Origin: Saprospiraceae bacterium
Lineage (GTDB): Bacteria > Bacteroidota > Bacteroidia > Chitinophagales > Saprospiraceae
Assembly (NCBI GenBank): GCA_041736625.1
Contig: JBGSTG010000137.1
Coordinates: forward strand, 36,896-100,895
DNA length: 64,000 nt
Direction of reading: 5' to 3'
Positions 44,091 to 52,749 of the stretch are shown here, in pieces. How positions within the stretch are numbered: the first letter of the stretch is position 1; each line of letters starts with the position of its first letter. A program made the translations under genes and the position numbers. The notes beneath the pieces are model-generated. The model saw only the letters and a program-made list of their open reading frames with translations. It had not been told where the DNA came from and ran no database searches.

Positions 44091-45329
44091 TTACACGGTA
44101 ACAGGCAAGGGCAGTTGGGTACGGATCAGGTCTTCAATGGTTTCGCGGCGGCGGATAAGATGGGCCTGGCCCTGGTAAACGAGCACTTCGGCGGGGCGCG
44201 GGCGCGAATTGTAGTTCGAGCTCATCATCCAGCCGTAGGCGCCTGCGTTGTAAAAACACAGGATGTCGCCTTCCACCACTTCTGCGATCCGGCGGTCGGA
44301 GCCGAAGGTGTCCGTCTCGCAGATGTTGCCCACCACCGTATAGATGCGCGGTTTGAACTGGGGCTCGGTGACGTTGACGATCTTGTGATACGAACCGTAA
44401 AACATCGGACGGATGAGATGGTTGAATCCGGTGTTCAGGCCGACAAAAACGGTGGAGGTGGTTTGCTTGACCAGTGTGCACTGCGCAAACAGGTAGCCGG
44501 CTTCGCTCACCAGAAATTTTCCGGGTTCGAACATGAGGGTAAGCTCCCGACCGTAGTCGGCGGTGAATGCGGCGAAGCGTTCGCTGAGTTTTTCCCCCAG
44601 TTCTTCTACGTCTGTTTCGATGTCTTCGGTTTTGTAAGGCACCTTAAAGCCGCTGCCCAAGTCGATATATTTTAGTTCGGGGAACTTGGCGGCGGCCTCA
44701 AAGAGGATTTCTGCGCCGCGGATGAACACGTCCACATCCAGGATGTCCGACCCGGTGTGCATGTGCAGCCCTTCGACGCGCAGGCCCTGGCTTTCCACCA
44801 CGCGCACGGCGTGTGGCAGCTGGTGGATGCTGATGCCGAATTTGGAGTCGATATGGCCCACGCTGATTTTCTCGTTGCCGCCAGCCATCAGGTGCGGGTT
44901 GATGCGCAGGCAAACGGGCACGTCTTTGTGGTGCAAACCCCAGTTTTCCAGCATGGGGATGGCGTCGATGTTGATCATCACCCCCAGACGCGCCGCCGCC
45001 TCGTACTCGGCCATAGCGGCGAAGTTGGGCGTAAACAGGATGTCCCCCGGCGGGAAACCGGCCATGATACCGAGTTTGACCTCTTCGATGGACACACAGT
45101 CCAGCCCCGCGCCCCACTCCCTGAACATCCGCATGACCGACAAGTTGGTCAGCGCTTTGCATGCGTAATGGATGCGCACATTCGGGTACGTGAATGCGCC
45201 GGTGATGCGCCGGTACTGGCGTTCCATCACCCCGGCGTCGTACACATAAAGCGGGGTACCGTACTCGCGGCACAGCGCCAGCGGGTCGAGCCCCCCTTCA
45301 AATTGATATTTTCCGTTGACTAAATCCAT
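44091..45329 (-). CDS. lysA: Diaminopimelate decarboxylase (fold-type III PLP decarboxylase)
   Basis: GTPLYVYD, HYACKALTN (PLP Lys), HMHTGSDI, DLGSGF, GNICETD and FYNAGAYG. Start set at MDLVNGKYQF (45329) rather than the ORF opening at 45440. Confidence 0.85.
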   Translation of the reverse strand: MDLVNGKYQFEGGLDPLALCREYGTPLYVYDAGVMERQYRRITGAFTYPNVRIHYACKALTNLSVMRMFREWGAGLDCVSIEEVKLGIMAGFPPGDILFTPNFAAMAEYEAAARLGVMINIDAIPMLENWGLHHKDVPVCLRINPHLMAGGNEKISVGHIDSKFGISIHQLPHAVRVVESQGLRVEGLHMHTGSDILDVDVFIRGAEILFEAAAKFPELKYIDLGSGFKVPYKTEDIETDVEELGEKLSERFAAFTADYGRELTLMFEPGKFLVSEAGYLFAQCTLVKQTTSTVFVGLNTGFNHLIRPMFYGSYHKIVNVTEPQFKPRIYTVVGNICETDTFGSDRRIAEVVEGDILCFYNAGAYGWMMSSNYNSRPRPAEVLVYQGQAHLIRRRETIEDLIRTQLPLPVTV

Positions 45330-45424
45330 AGAACCGGCAAATTTCGGGAAAAAACAACAGGCGTGTACGCCAAAAATGTCTGTTTTTTGCATCTGGGAAA
45401 AAAGACAACCCGCAAAAGCGTTTC

Positions 45425-45964
45425 GTGGAAGAACAAGCACTGCTGTCCCGTTTACTGGAAGAAGACCGACTGGCCCAAAAATGGCTCTATGAACGGTATT
45501 CGCCCCTGTTTTTTTCCGTATGCCGGCGCTACCTCAGCAGTCGCGAAGACGCAGAGGAGGCGCTGGTCAGCGGTTTTTACAAGATTTTTTCCCAGATCGA
45601 CGCTTACCAAAACACCGGAAGCTTCGAAGGCTGGATGCGCCGCATTATGGTCAACGAGGCGCTTATGATGCTGCGCAAACGCCGCAACCTGGTATTTCCA
45701 GGCGACGACCGGGCCTACCCCGAAACGCGCGACGACTTCAGCATCGACGCCGAACTGTCGGCCCGAGAAATACTGTCCTTACTCGAAGAACTGCCCCCCG
45801 GCTACCGCACCGTGTTCAACCTGTACGTCATGGAGGGCTACAAACACCAGGAAATTGCCGATTTGCTGGGCATCAGCATCAACACCAGTAAATCGCAGCT
45901 AATTTTGGCCAAAGAAAAACTCAGAAAACTGTTGCTCAACAAAGGCATCGGCCGGGAAACCTGA
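45425..45964 (+). CDS. ECF-type RNA polymerase sigma-70 family factor
   Basis: Region 2: LYERYSPLFFSVCRRYL..EDAEEALVSGFYKIF, FEGWMRRIMVNEAL. Region 4: LPPGYRTVFNLYVMEGYKHQEIADLLGISINTSKSQLILAKEKLR. GTG start. Confidence 0.85.
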   Translation: MEEQALLSRLLEEDRLAQKWLYERYSPLFFSVCRRYLSSREDAEEALVSGFYKIFSQIDAYQNTGSFEGWMRRIMVNEALMMLRKRRNLVFPGDDRAYPETRDDFSIDAELSAREILSLLEELPPGYRTVFNLYVMEGYKHQEIADLLGISINTSKSQLILAKEKLRKLLLNKGIGRET

Positions 45965-45974
45965 TTCAACAATT

Positions 45975-46196
45975 ATGGATCCATTCGATATATTCAAACA
46001 ACAGGAGTCCAAACTGCACGAGAAACCACCGGAGCAGGTCTGGAAAAAGCTGGAAAAGCGCCTTGAGCAGCACCGCCGACGGCGGCCCCGCAGGGGTTTG
46101 CGCAAACCGGAGCTGCAGCTCGGTGCGGTGGCCCTGGCGCTGTTGCTGATTTTGTTTGCGGCGGTGGTGGTGTGGTGGTTTGTGCGGAATGGTTGA
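45975..46196 (+). CDS. Small single-pass membrane protein, possible anti-sigma factor
   Basis: 73 aa, 10 nt after the ECF sigma gene. A basic stretch is followed by one TM helix (LGAVALALLLILFAAVVVWWF). The call rests on position only. Confidence 0.35.
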   Translation: MDPFDIFKQQESKLHEKPPEQVWKKLEKRLEQHRRRRPRRGLRKPELQLGAVALALLLILFAAVVVWWFVRNG

Positions 46197-46290
46197 TTTT
46201 CCAGACGTGCGAGCTGTCGGGATGTAACCTTGGTGCGATAGTTCCAACAATCCTTATCTTGCGCCAAATTTTTCAGCCAAACCCATCTAC

Positions 46291-48537
46291 ATGGCAAAAT
46301 CCGGCAAACGCCCCCAAACGCCGAAACAGCGGAGTATACCTGCCCAATCGCCCGCATCCAAGCCGGCGGAAGCCTCGAAAAAAAATATCCACTCTTCGCC
46401 CATCGATTACCTGGCGCGGCCGGCAGTGACCAGTGCGCACGACCCGTTATTGTTCAACGTGTTCTGGGTGGTGGCCGCCCTCGGGCTGGGCTTTATGCTC
46501 CTGCTCTCCCTGGGCTCCGGCATCAATGCCGACGATAAATTCCAGGTGGACTACTCCGAAAAGCTCGTCAGCTACTACGCCACCGGCGGACGCGACACCA
46601 CGGCGCTAAACATACCCGAAGGCAACATGCACCTCTACGGCGGCTTTTTCGAAGTGATCAGCGGCGCCGCCAACCACGCGCTGGGGCTCAAACCCGAGCA
46701 CCTCAAATACCACCAGTTGCGCCACGCTTTCAGCGCCATGCTGGGCTGGGCCGCCATCGTTTGCGCCGCCCTGTTCGCCCGCCTGATCGCGGGCTGGCAA
46801 GCGGGCATACTGACCCTGCTGATCATGTTGTTCTCTCCCCGCTTTGTCGGTGATTCGATGATGAACCCCAAAGACATCCCCTTTGCTGCGGGGTACATGA
46901 TGGCCATTTACAACATGGCGCGTCTGCTCGACGACATGCCGCGGCCCCGGTGGTGGAACATTATCGGACTGGTTGCCGGGCTGGGCATCGCCCTTGCCCT
47001 TCGGGCCGGCGGTTTGTTGCCCTTTGCCATGCTGTTTTTGTTCGCCGGTCTGCATTTTATAATGAAAAACGGCCTGCTCTCTGCCTTTTCCAACACCAAA
47101 CTGCTGGGTCGCTACGCCCTGGTCATCCTGGGTACGGCCTTTGCGGGTTATGTGTTTGCCCTGGCCTTCTGGCCCTACGCCATGCAGGCGCCGCTGAAAA
47201 ACCCGTTTATAGCCTTGTCCAAATTCGCCGAGCTGGAGGTCAAAATCCGCGTGCTGTTCGGCGGCGAGAACGTGATGTCGGACAAAACACCGTGGCATTA
47301 CCCCATTAGCTGGATAGCCAACACCATTCCGCTGGCCGCCCTGGCGGGTTTTGCCGGCGCCATGGTGCTGCTGCCCCGGTTGTACAAAAAATACAACCCC
47401 CTGTGGATCACCCTCGCGCTGTTCGCCGCGATTTTTCCGGTGTTTTACGTCATTTACAAGGATTCGGTGATTCACGACGGTTGGCGACACCTCACCTTCG
47501 CCTACCCCACCCTGGCGGTGCTCGCCGCATTGTTTTGGCATGAAATAGTCCAGGGGTTCAGCGGCAAAAAAGCCCTTCAATACGCCACTTACGGCGCTTT
47601 TGCCCTGCTGATGGCCGACGCTGCCGCGTTTATCATTGCCCATCCGAAATACCCGTACGTGTACTTCAACCCGGTGGCCGGCGGCGTAAAGGGCGCTTAT
47701 GGCCAATACGAAACCGATTACTGGGGCGTGAGCGTACGCCAGGGACTGGAGTGGCTGGAAAAGGAAAAAGTCATTTACCCCGGCATGAGCGACACGGTGA
47801 CCATCGCCACCAACATGTATTACTCTGCCAAACAACTGGCGGCCAAATACGGCGACCACGTGGTGGTCAAATACCTCAAGTGGGAAAAACGCTGCGACCT
47901 GCCCTGGGACTACGCCCTATACCCCACCCGATTCATCGACGGCGCCACCCTGCAAAAAGGCCTGTGGCCTCCCGACAACGCGGTGCACACCGTCAAAGCC
48001 GGCGGTGCGCCCATCCTGGCCGTGCTCAAAAACAGCAACTACGCTTGCAACGAGGGCATGGAAGCCTCCAAAAGGGGCGATATGCCGGCCGCCGTCGCCG
48101 CCTTTGAGCGCGCCACCCAAACGGTGCCCGACGACGACATCGCCTGGGTAAACCTCGCACAAGCCTACCTGAACAACAACCAGCTCGAAGAAGGCAGGGC
48201 CGCTGCGGAAAAAGCGCTGGAGATCAGTCCGGACGACGCCCAGGCCGGCAACCTGCTCGGGCTCTACTGGCTCAACAAAGGCGACGCCAACCAGGCCAAA
48301 CAGCAATTCGAGGCCTCCATCAAACGCGAGTCCAACAACCCCGCCGCCTGGTATTACCTGGCCCTTATCGCCCGCAGCGGGGGCGACAACCAAACGGCGC
48401 TCAACAACCTCAACAAGGCCATACAAATGGCCCCCAATTTCAAACCGGCCTACGAAATGGCCGCACAGATCTTTGAAGCCACCGGAAATACCGGCGCCGC
48501 CCAACAATACCGCGCGGCCATGCAGCAGATCCGATAA
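46291..48537 (+). CDS. Polytopic GT-C-like membrane glycosyltransferase (PMT_2/DUF2723-like) fused to C-terminal TPR repeats
   Basis: About 11 predicted TM helices in the first 450 aa or so, with an early periplasmic DD/DxD-like loop (GINADDKFQVDY). The C-terminal 200 aa are clear TPRs (AVAAFERATQTVPDD, AWVNLAQAYLNN, AGNLLGLYWLNKGD, AWYYLALIARSGGD). Confidence 0.5.
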   Translation: MAKSGKRPQTPKQRSIPAQSPASKPAEASKKNIHSSPIDYLARPAVTSAHDPLLFNVFWVVAALGLGFMLLLSLGSGINADDKFQVDYSEKLVSYYATGGRDTTALNIPEGNMHLYGGFFEVISGAANHALGLKPEHLKYHQLRHAFSAMLGWAAIVCAALFARLIAGWQAGILTLLIMLFSPRFVGDSMMNPKDIPFAAGYMMAIYNMARLLDDMPRPRWWNIIGLVAGLGIALALRAGGLLPFAMLFLFAGLHFIMKNGLLSAFSNTKLLGRYALVILGTAFAGYVFALAFWPYAMQAPLKNPFIALSKFAELEVKIRVLFGGENVMSDKTPWHYPISWIANTIPLAALAGFAGAMVLLPRLYKKYNPLWITLALFAAIFPVFYVIYKDSVIHDGWRHLTFAYPTLAVLAALFWHEIVQGFSGKKALQYATYGAFALLMADAAAFIIAHPKYPYVYFNPVAGGVKGAYGQYETDYWGVSVRQGLEWLEKEKVIYPGMSDTVTIATNMYYSAKQLAAKYGDHVVVKYLKWEKRCDLPWDYALYPTRFIDGATLQKGLWPPDNAVHTVKAGGAPILAVLKNSNYACNEGMEASKRGDMPAAVAAFERATQTVPDDDIAWVNLAQAYLNNNQLEEGRAAAEKALEISPDDAQAGNLLGLYWLNKGDANQAKQQFEASIKRESNNPAAWYYLALIARSGGDNQTALNNLNKAIQMAPNFKPAYEMAAQIFEATGNTGAAQQYRAAMQQIR

Positions 48538-48542
48538 TCGCT

Positions 48543-49373
48543 ATGAATTTCAAACACCTCTTTCCCACTTTCCGAAACCGGTACCGCTTCGTCCGCGAAC
48601 AGGTGAACCGCTTGTCCAAACAACACACCTTCGACCAGGCCCTCAACCTGGGCACCGGCGAAGGCGACTACGACCGCATGCTGGCCGGCTATTGCCGGGA
48701 ACTCATCGGCTGCGACGTAAACGAAGACGACCTGGCGCACGCGCGCTCCGTGAACCAGGGCGTGATGAACCTCCGCTATGAGGTCAACGACGCGCTAAAC
48801 CTGAGCTATGCGAACGACAGTTTCGACCTCGTTGTTTCCTGCGAGGTGATCGAACACGTCGGCAAACCCGAACGCATGCTGGCGGAAATATTCCGCGTGC
48901 TTAAACCGGGCGGATACGCCGTGCTGACCTTTCCGAGCCGGGAGTTCCCGTTCACCTACGACCCCGTCAACCGCGTCGGTCACTGGCTTCACCAGCCCGG
49001 CCGACCGGAATACCTGATCCACCAGGGTGCCTATGCCTTTGGGCACGACTACCTCATCCCCGCCGTGCCGTTCAAACGATGGGCGACGGACCTGGGCTTC
49101 GAAATCCACGCCTTCCACCCCCTGAGCGGCTACCTGGTCGGCCTCCTGGAGATGTACTGGACGGGCCTCGCGCAGCGCCTTTTCAAAAAGAATGCGCGCA
49201 ACCTGGATGCCGACGGGCGAAATAAAGTAGTGCTTCGGCCCGGTACGGCCGAAGCACCTGCCCTGGCCGCCGTAACCGATGCCGTGCTGTTCGTCGACCG
49301 CGAATTGTTCACCGGAAAAAAATTCTCCGTCGGGAAGGGCGTGGTGCTCCATAAACTCAATCAGAATAATTGA
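48543..49373 (+). CDS. Class I SAM-dependent methyltransferase
   Basis: ALNLGTGEGDY (motif I), GCDVNEDDL, FDLVVSCEVIEHV and LKPGGYAVLTFP. Confidence 0.8.
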   Translation: MNFKHLFPTFRNRYRFVREQVNRLSKQHTFDQALNLGTGEGDYDRMLAGYCRELIGCDVNEDDLAHARSVNQGVMNLRYEVNDALNLSYANDSFDLVVSCEVIEHVGKPERMLAEIFRVLKPGGYAVLTFPSREFPFTYDPVNRVGHWLHQPGRPEYLIHQGAYAFGHDYLIPAVPFKRWATDLGFEIHAFHPLSGYLVGLLEMYWTGLAQRLFKKNARNLDADGRNKVVLRPGTAEAPALAAVTDAVLFVDRELFTGKKFSVGKGVVLHKLNQNN

Positions 49374-49646
49374 CGGTATTTTTAAGTTTTTAAAAATATT
49401 TATTCTATTTTTCAAAAAAAACTTTCATTTTTTTCTGAAACAAATGAAAAAAATAAAGATATGACCAAATGCGACATGTTTTTGTTTTTTTAAAATTTGT
49501 ACACAGTGTAAATAAATCACACTGATTTTTATTGTGGGATCAAGCCGGATTTCAAAAAATAATAACGAAATACTAAACCAGTTTTAACTATTGGCGTTTA
49601 ACGTTTGCTGGGATTTTCCAGTAAAACATTAAACATTCTTTCTTGC
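49374..49646 (+). promoter_or_regulatory. Strikingly AT-rich leader / promoter region upstream of the rhodopsin gene
   Basis: Long A and T runs (tttttaagtttttaaaaatatttattctatttttcaaaaaaaac...) in an otherwise GC-rich window. No convincing ORF. No promoter box was confidently identified. Confidence 0.3.
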
Positions 49647-50396
49647 ATGAAAGCGCTGTTATTCTCCCCCCTTTTTCTGGCCGCCAACCTGGCGCCGAAC
49701 GATTACATCGGTTTCACCTTTTTCATCGGTTACATGGCCATGTTTGCGGCTTCCGTATTTTTCTTCATGGAGCGCAGCCAGGTAGACGGCAAGTGGAGAA
49801 CCTCTTTGCTGATCTCCGGGTTGATCACCATGATCGCTGCCGTGCACTACTTTTACATGCGGGGCGTTTGGCTGGACACCCAAACGTCGCCCACGCAGTT
49901 CCGGTACATCGACTGGATTCTGACGGTGCCGCTCATGTGCGTGGAATTTTACCTGATTCTGAAGGCATTTGGCGCCAAAATTGGTCTGCTGTGGAAGATG
50001 ATTGGTTACTCCATGCTGATGCTCGTGGCGGGCTATCTGGGAGAAACGGCGTTCCGCAACAACAGTGTGTTGTGGGGCATCATCTCTACGGCAGGCTACG
50101 TAGGCATTTTGTATGAGGTATGGCTGGGCTCTGCCCGCAAGCTGGCCAACAACTCGAACGACCCGAACCTGCAAAAGGCATTTAGCGCACTGGCCTGGTT
50201 CGTCCTCGTAGGCTGGGCCATCTATCCCATCGGGTACATGGCCATCGAAACCGACGGCTGGCTGCGCAACGTGATCGCCGTGCAAAACCTGGACCTCATC
50301 TACAACATCGGCGATGCGGTCAATAAAATCGGATTCGGTCTGGTGATCTACGGCCTCGCCGTTAATGCTACCGCTTCCGCCAAGGCGTCCGCATAA
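49647..50396 (+). CDS. Microbial rhodopsin, proteorhodopsin/xanthorhodopsin-type outward proton pump (DTE motif)
   Basis: RYIDWILTVPLMCVEF gives Asp (49911-13), Thr (49923-25), Met at the tuning position (49935-37) and Glu (49944-46). The Schiff-base Lys is in DAVNKIGFG (50325-27). Seven hydrophobic helices. Start at MKALLF (49647); the tracked ORF opens at a TTG at 49605. Confidence 0.9.
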   Translation: MKALLFSPLFLAANLAPNDYIGFTFFIGYMAMFAASVFFFMERSQVDGKWRTSLLISGLITMIAAVHYFYMRGVWLDTQTSPTQFRYIDWILTVPLMCVEFYLILKAFGAKIGLLWKMIGYSMLMLVAGYLGETAFRNNSVLWGIISTAGYVGILYEVWLGSARKLANNSNDPNLQKAFSALAWFVLVGWAIYPIGYMAIETDGWLRNVIAVQNLDLIYNIGDAVNKIGFGLVIYGLAVNATASAKASA

Positions 50397-50442
50397 CAAA
50401 CCGGACATGCGGGCGCAAGCTGCATGACTTTTTTCGGCCCAC

Positions 50443-50500
50443 GGCCGGCAATGTTATCCTGCGGGTTTTTCCACCCCGGCTAAGCATTGCCGGCCTTTTT
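50443..50500 (+). terminator. Terminator candidate downstream of the rhodopsin gene
   Basis: GGCCGGCAATG (50443-50453) pairs with CATTGCCGGCC (50485-50495) and is followed by TTTTT. The loop is long (31 nt). A weaker CATGC..GCATG hairpin with a T6 tail lies just upstream at about 50406-50434. Confidence 0.4.
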
Positions 50501-50609
50501 GTTCCGATCAGGCCCGGGAAAAAATTGAAGCCGGCAAATCTTCCGACAACAGGTTAATTCCTCCTGTTTGGTTTTACCTTTGTGTGACCTATTTCTAACG
50601 CGATACTCC

Positions 50610-52151
50610 ATGAACGGAAAACTCGATCTCCTCCAGGAAAAACTAGCAGAAGCCCGGCTCGGCGGCGGCCAAAAACGCATCGACACCCAGCACCAGAAGG
50701 GCAAACTCACTGCACTGGAACGCATCCGGCTCTTGCTCGATCCCGGGTCTTTTGAGGAGATCGGCGCCCTGGTGACCCACCGCTGCACTGATTTTGGCAT
50801 GGCCGAACAACACGTTCTTGGCGACGGGGTGGTGACCGGCTACGGCACCGTGAACGGCCGACTGGTGTACGTTTTCGCCCAGGATTTCACCGTTTTCGGT
50901 GGGTCCCTCTCCGAAACGCACGCCGAAAAGATCTGCAAGATTATGGACCTCGCCATGCGCAACGGCGCGCCCGTGATCGGCCTGAACGACTCCGGGGGCG
51001 CGCGCATCCAGGAGGGTGTGAACTCACTCGGGGGGTATGCCGACATCTTTTACCGCAACGTGTTGTCCTCCGGAGTGGTTCCCCAGATATCTGCCATCAT
51101 GGGCCCCTGCGCCGGCGGCGCGGTGTACAGCCCGGCCATGACGGACTTCATCATCATGGTCGAAGGGTCGTCTTACATGTTCGTCACCGGCCCCAATGTG
51201 GTCAAAACCGTCACCAACGAAGAGGTGAGCAGCGAGGAGCTCGGCGGCGCCACCACCCACGCCACCAAGTCCGGCGTCACCCACCTGGTGGCGGCCAACG
51301 ACCTGGACTGCATCGAAAAAATCAAGCGGCTGTTGTCTTTTGTTCCCCAGAACTGCGAGGACACCGTACCCCATCTCCCGTATGAAATGGGCGACGAGTT
51401 CCGCGAACAATTGCGCAGCATCGTGCCCGAAAACCCCAACCAGCCGTACGACATCCGGGATGTCATCAACAACACGGTGGACACCGAATCCTTCATGGAA
51501 ATTCAGGAGTCTTTTGCCGAAAACATCGTGGTCGGGTTTGCGCGACTGGGCGGACGCAGCATCGGTATCATTGCCAACCAGCCGATCAGCCTGGCCGGGG
51601 TGCTCGACGTGAACTCGTCCAAAAAAGCCGCCCGGTTTGTGCGTTTCTGCAACTGCTTCAACATCCCGATGTGGGTGCTGGTCGACGTGCCGGGCTTCCT
51701 GCCGGGCACCGACCAGGAGTGGAACGGCATCATCATCAACGGATCCAAGCTGCTCTTCGCATTTTCGGAGGCCACCGTGCCCCGCGTGACCCTCATCACC
51801 CGCAAGGCCTACGGCGGCGCCTACGACGTGATGAACTCCAAACACATCGGCGCCGATATGAACTTCGCCTGGCCCAGCGCCGAGATCGCCGTGATGGGCG
51901 CCAAAGGCGCGTCGGAGATCATTTTCAAACGCGAAATTGAAACGGCGCCCGACCCGGCAGCCAAACTGGCGGAAAAGGAAAAAGAATACGCCAACACTTT
52001 TGCAAACCCCTACCGCGCCGCCGCCCGCGGGTACATCGACGAGGTCATAGACCCCGCAGAAACCCGCCGCAAACTGATCAAAGCCTTCGCTATGCTGGAA
52101 AACAAGGCGGTGGCCAGACCCCGAAAAAAACACGGCAACATCCCTTTGTAA
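50610..52151 (+). CDS. Acyl-CoA carboxylase carboxyltransferase (beta) subunit, propionyl-CoA carboxylase beta / methylmalonyl-CoA carboxyltransferase type
   Basis: [13 protein letters not shown]-like block ([13 protein letters not shown]), [48 protein letters not shown] and [11 protein letters not shown]. Start at MNGKLDLL (50610). Confidence 0.9.
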   Translation: MNGKLDLLQEKLAEARLGGGQKRIDTQHQKGKLTALERIRLLLDPGSFEEIGALVTHRCTDFGMAEQHVLGDGVVTGYGTVNGRLVYVFAQDFTVFGGSLSETHAEKICKIMDLAMRNGAPVIGLNDSGGARIQEGVNSLGGYADIFYRNVLSSGVVPQISAIMGPCAGGAVYSPAMTDFIIMVEGSSYMFVTGPNVVKTVTNEEVSSEELGGATTHATKSGVTHLVAANDLDCIEKIKRLLSFVPQNCEDTVPHLPYEMGDEFREQLRSIVPENPNQPYDIRDVINNTVDTESFMEIQESFAENIVVGFARLGGRSIGIIANQPISLAGVLDVNSSKKAARFVRFCNCFNIPMWVLVDVPGFLPGTDQEWNGIIINGSKLLFAFSEATVPRVTLITRKAYGGAYDVMNSKHIGADMNFAWPSAEIAVMGAKGASEIIFKREIETAPDPAAKLAEKEKEYANTFANPYRAAARGYIDEVIDPAETRRKLIKAFAMLENKAVARPRKKHGNIPL

Positions 52152-52171
52152 ACCACCCAGACTATCCCGGC

Positions 52172-52747
52172 ATGCAGCTCGTATTCGCCACCCATAACCC
52201 AAACAAAGCCCGGGAAATACAGCACATCCTCGGGCCCGGTTTTGAGGTAAAAACCCTCACCGACATCGGTTGCCTGGAGGAAATACCCGAGACGGCCGAC
52301 ACCCTGGAGGAAAATGCGCTGCTCAAGGCGCGTTATGTAAAAGCCTCTTACGGGTATGATTGTTTCTCGGAAGATACCGGTCTGGAGGTGGAAGCCCTGG
52401 GCGGCGCGCCGGGGGTGCATACTGCGCGTTATGCCGGGGAGGCCAAAGACCCGAACGCCAATATGGATCTGCTGCTGCAAAACCTGGCGCCCCACGAAAA
52501 CCGGAAGGCCCGGTTTCGCACGGTCATCGCCCTGGTGCGCGACGGCCGGGAAACCCTGTTGGAGGGCATCTGCCCGGGCCACATCGCGGAAACGAAAAGT
52601 GGCCAACAAGGGTTTGGATACGATCCGGTGTTTATCCCCGACGGTTACCGGGAAACCTTCGCAGAACTGGGCGATGACGTGAAAAACCGGATCAGCCACC
52701 GGGCGGTGGCGACTGAAAAGCTGAGACTTGCGCTTACCGGTGCGTAA
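52172..52747 (+). CDS. rdgB: RdgB/HAM1-family non-canonical purine NTP pyrophosphatase
   Basis: MQLVFATHNPNKAREI, EETADTLEENALLKA-like block, SEDTGLEVEALGGAPGV, FRTVIAL, GFGYDPVF and ISHRA. Confidence 0.9.
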   Translation: MQLVFATHNPNKAREIQHILGPGFEVKTLTDIGCLEEIPETADTLEENALLKARYVKASYGYDCFSEDTGLEVEALGGAPGVHTARYAGEAKDPNANMDLLLQNLAPHENRKARFRTVIALVRDGRETLLEGICPGHIAETKSGQQGFGYDPVFIPDGYRETFAELGDDVKNRISHRAVATEKLRLALTGA

Positions 52748-52749
52748 GA

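Noticed and set aside
49279-49464. 61-aa ORF in the AT-rich region upstream of the rhodopsin gene
   Set aside because: It starts inside the methyltransferase gene in another frame and continues through poly-A/T sequence (FKFLKIFILFFKKNFHFF). This is a composition artefact.
49647-50396. Rhodopsin as a Na+ (NDQ) or Cl- (NTQ) pump or sensory rhodopsin
   Set aside because: The motif positions read D-T-E, with a carboxylate donor, as in proton-pumping proteorhodopsin/xanthorhodopsin. No transducer gene is adjacent.
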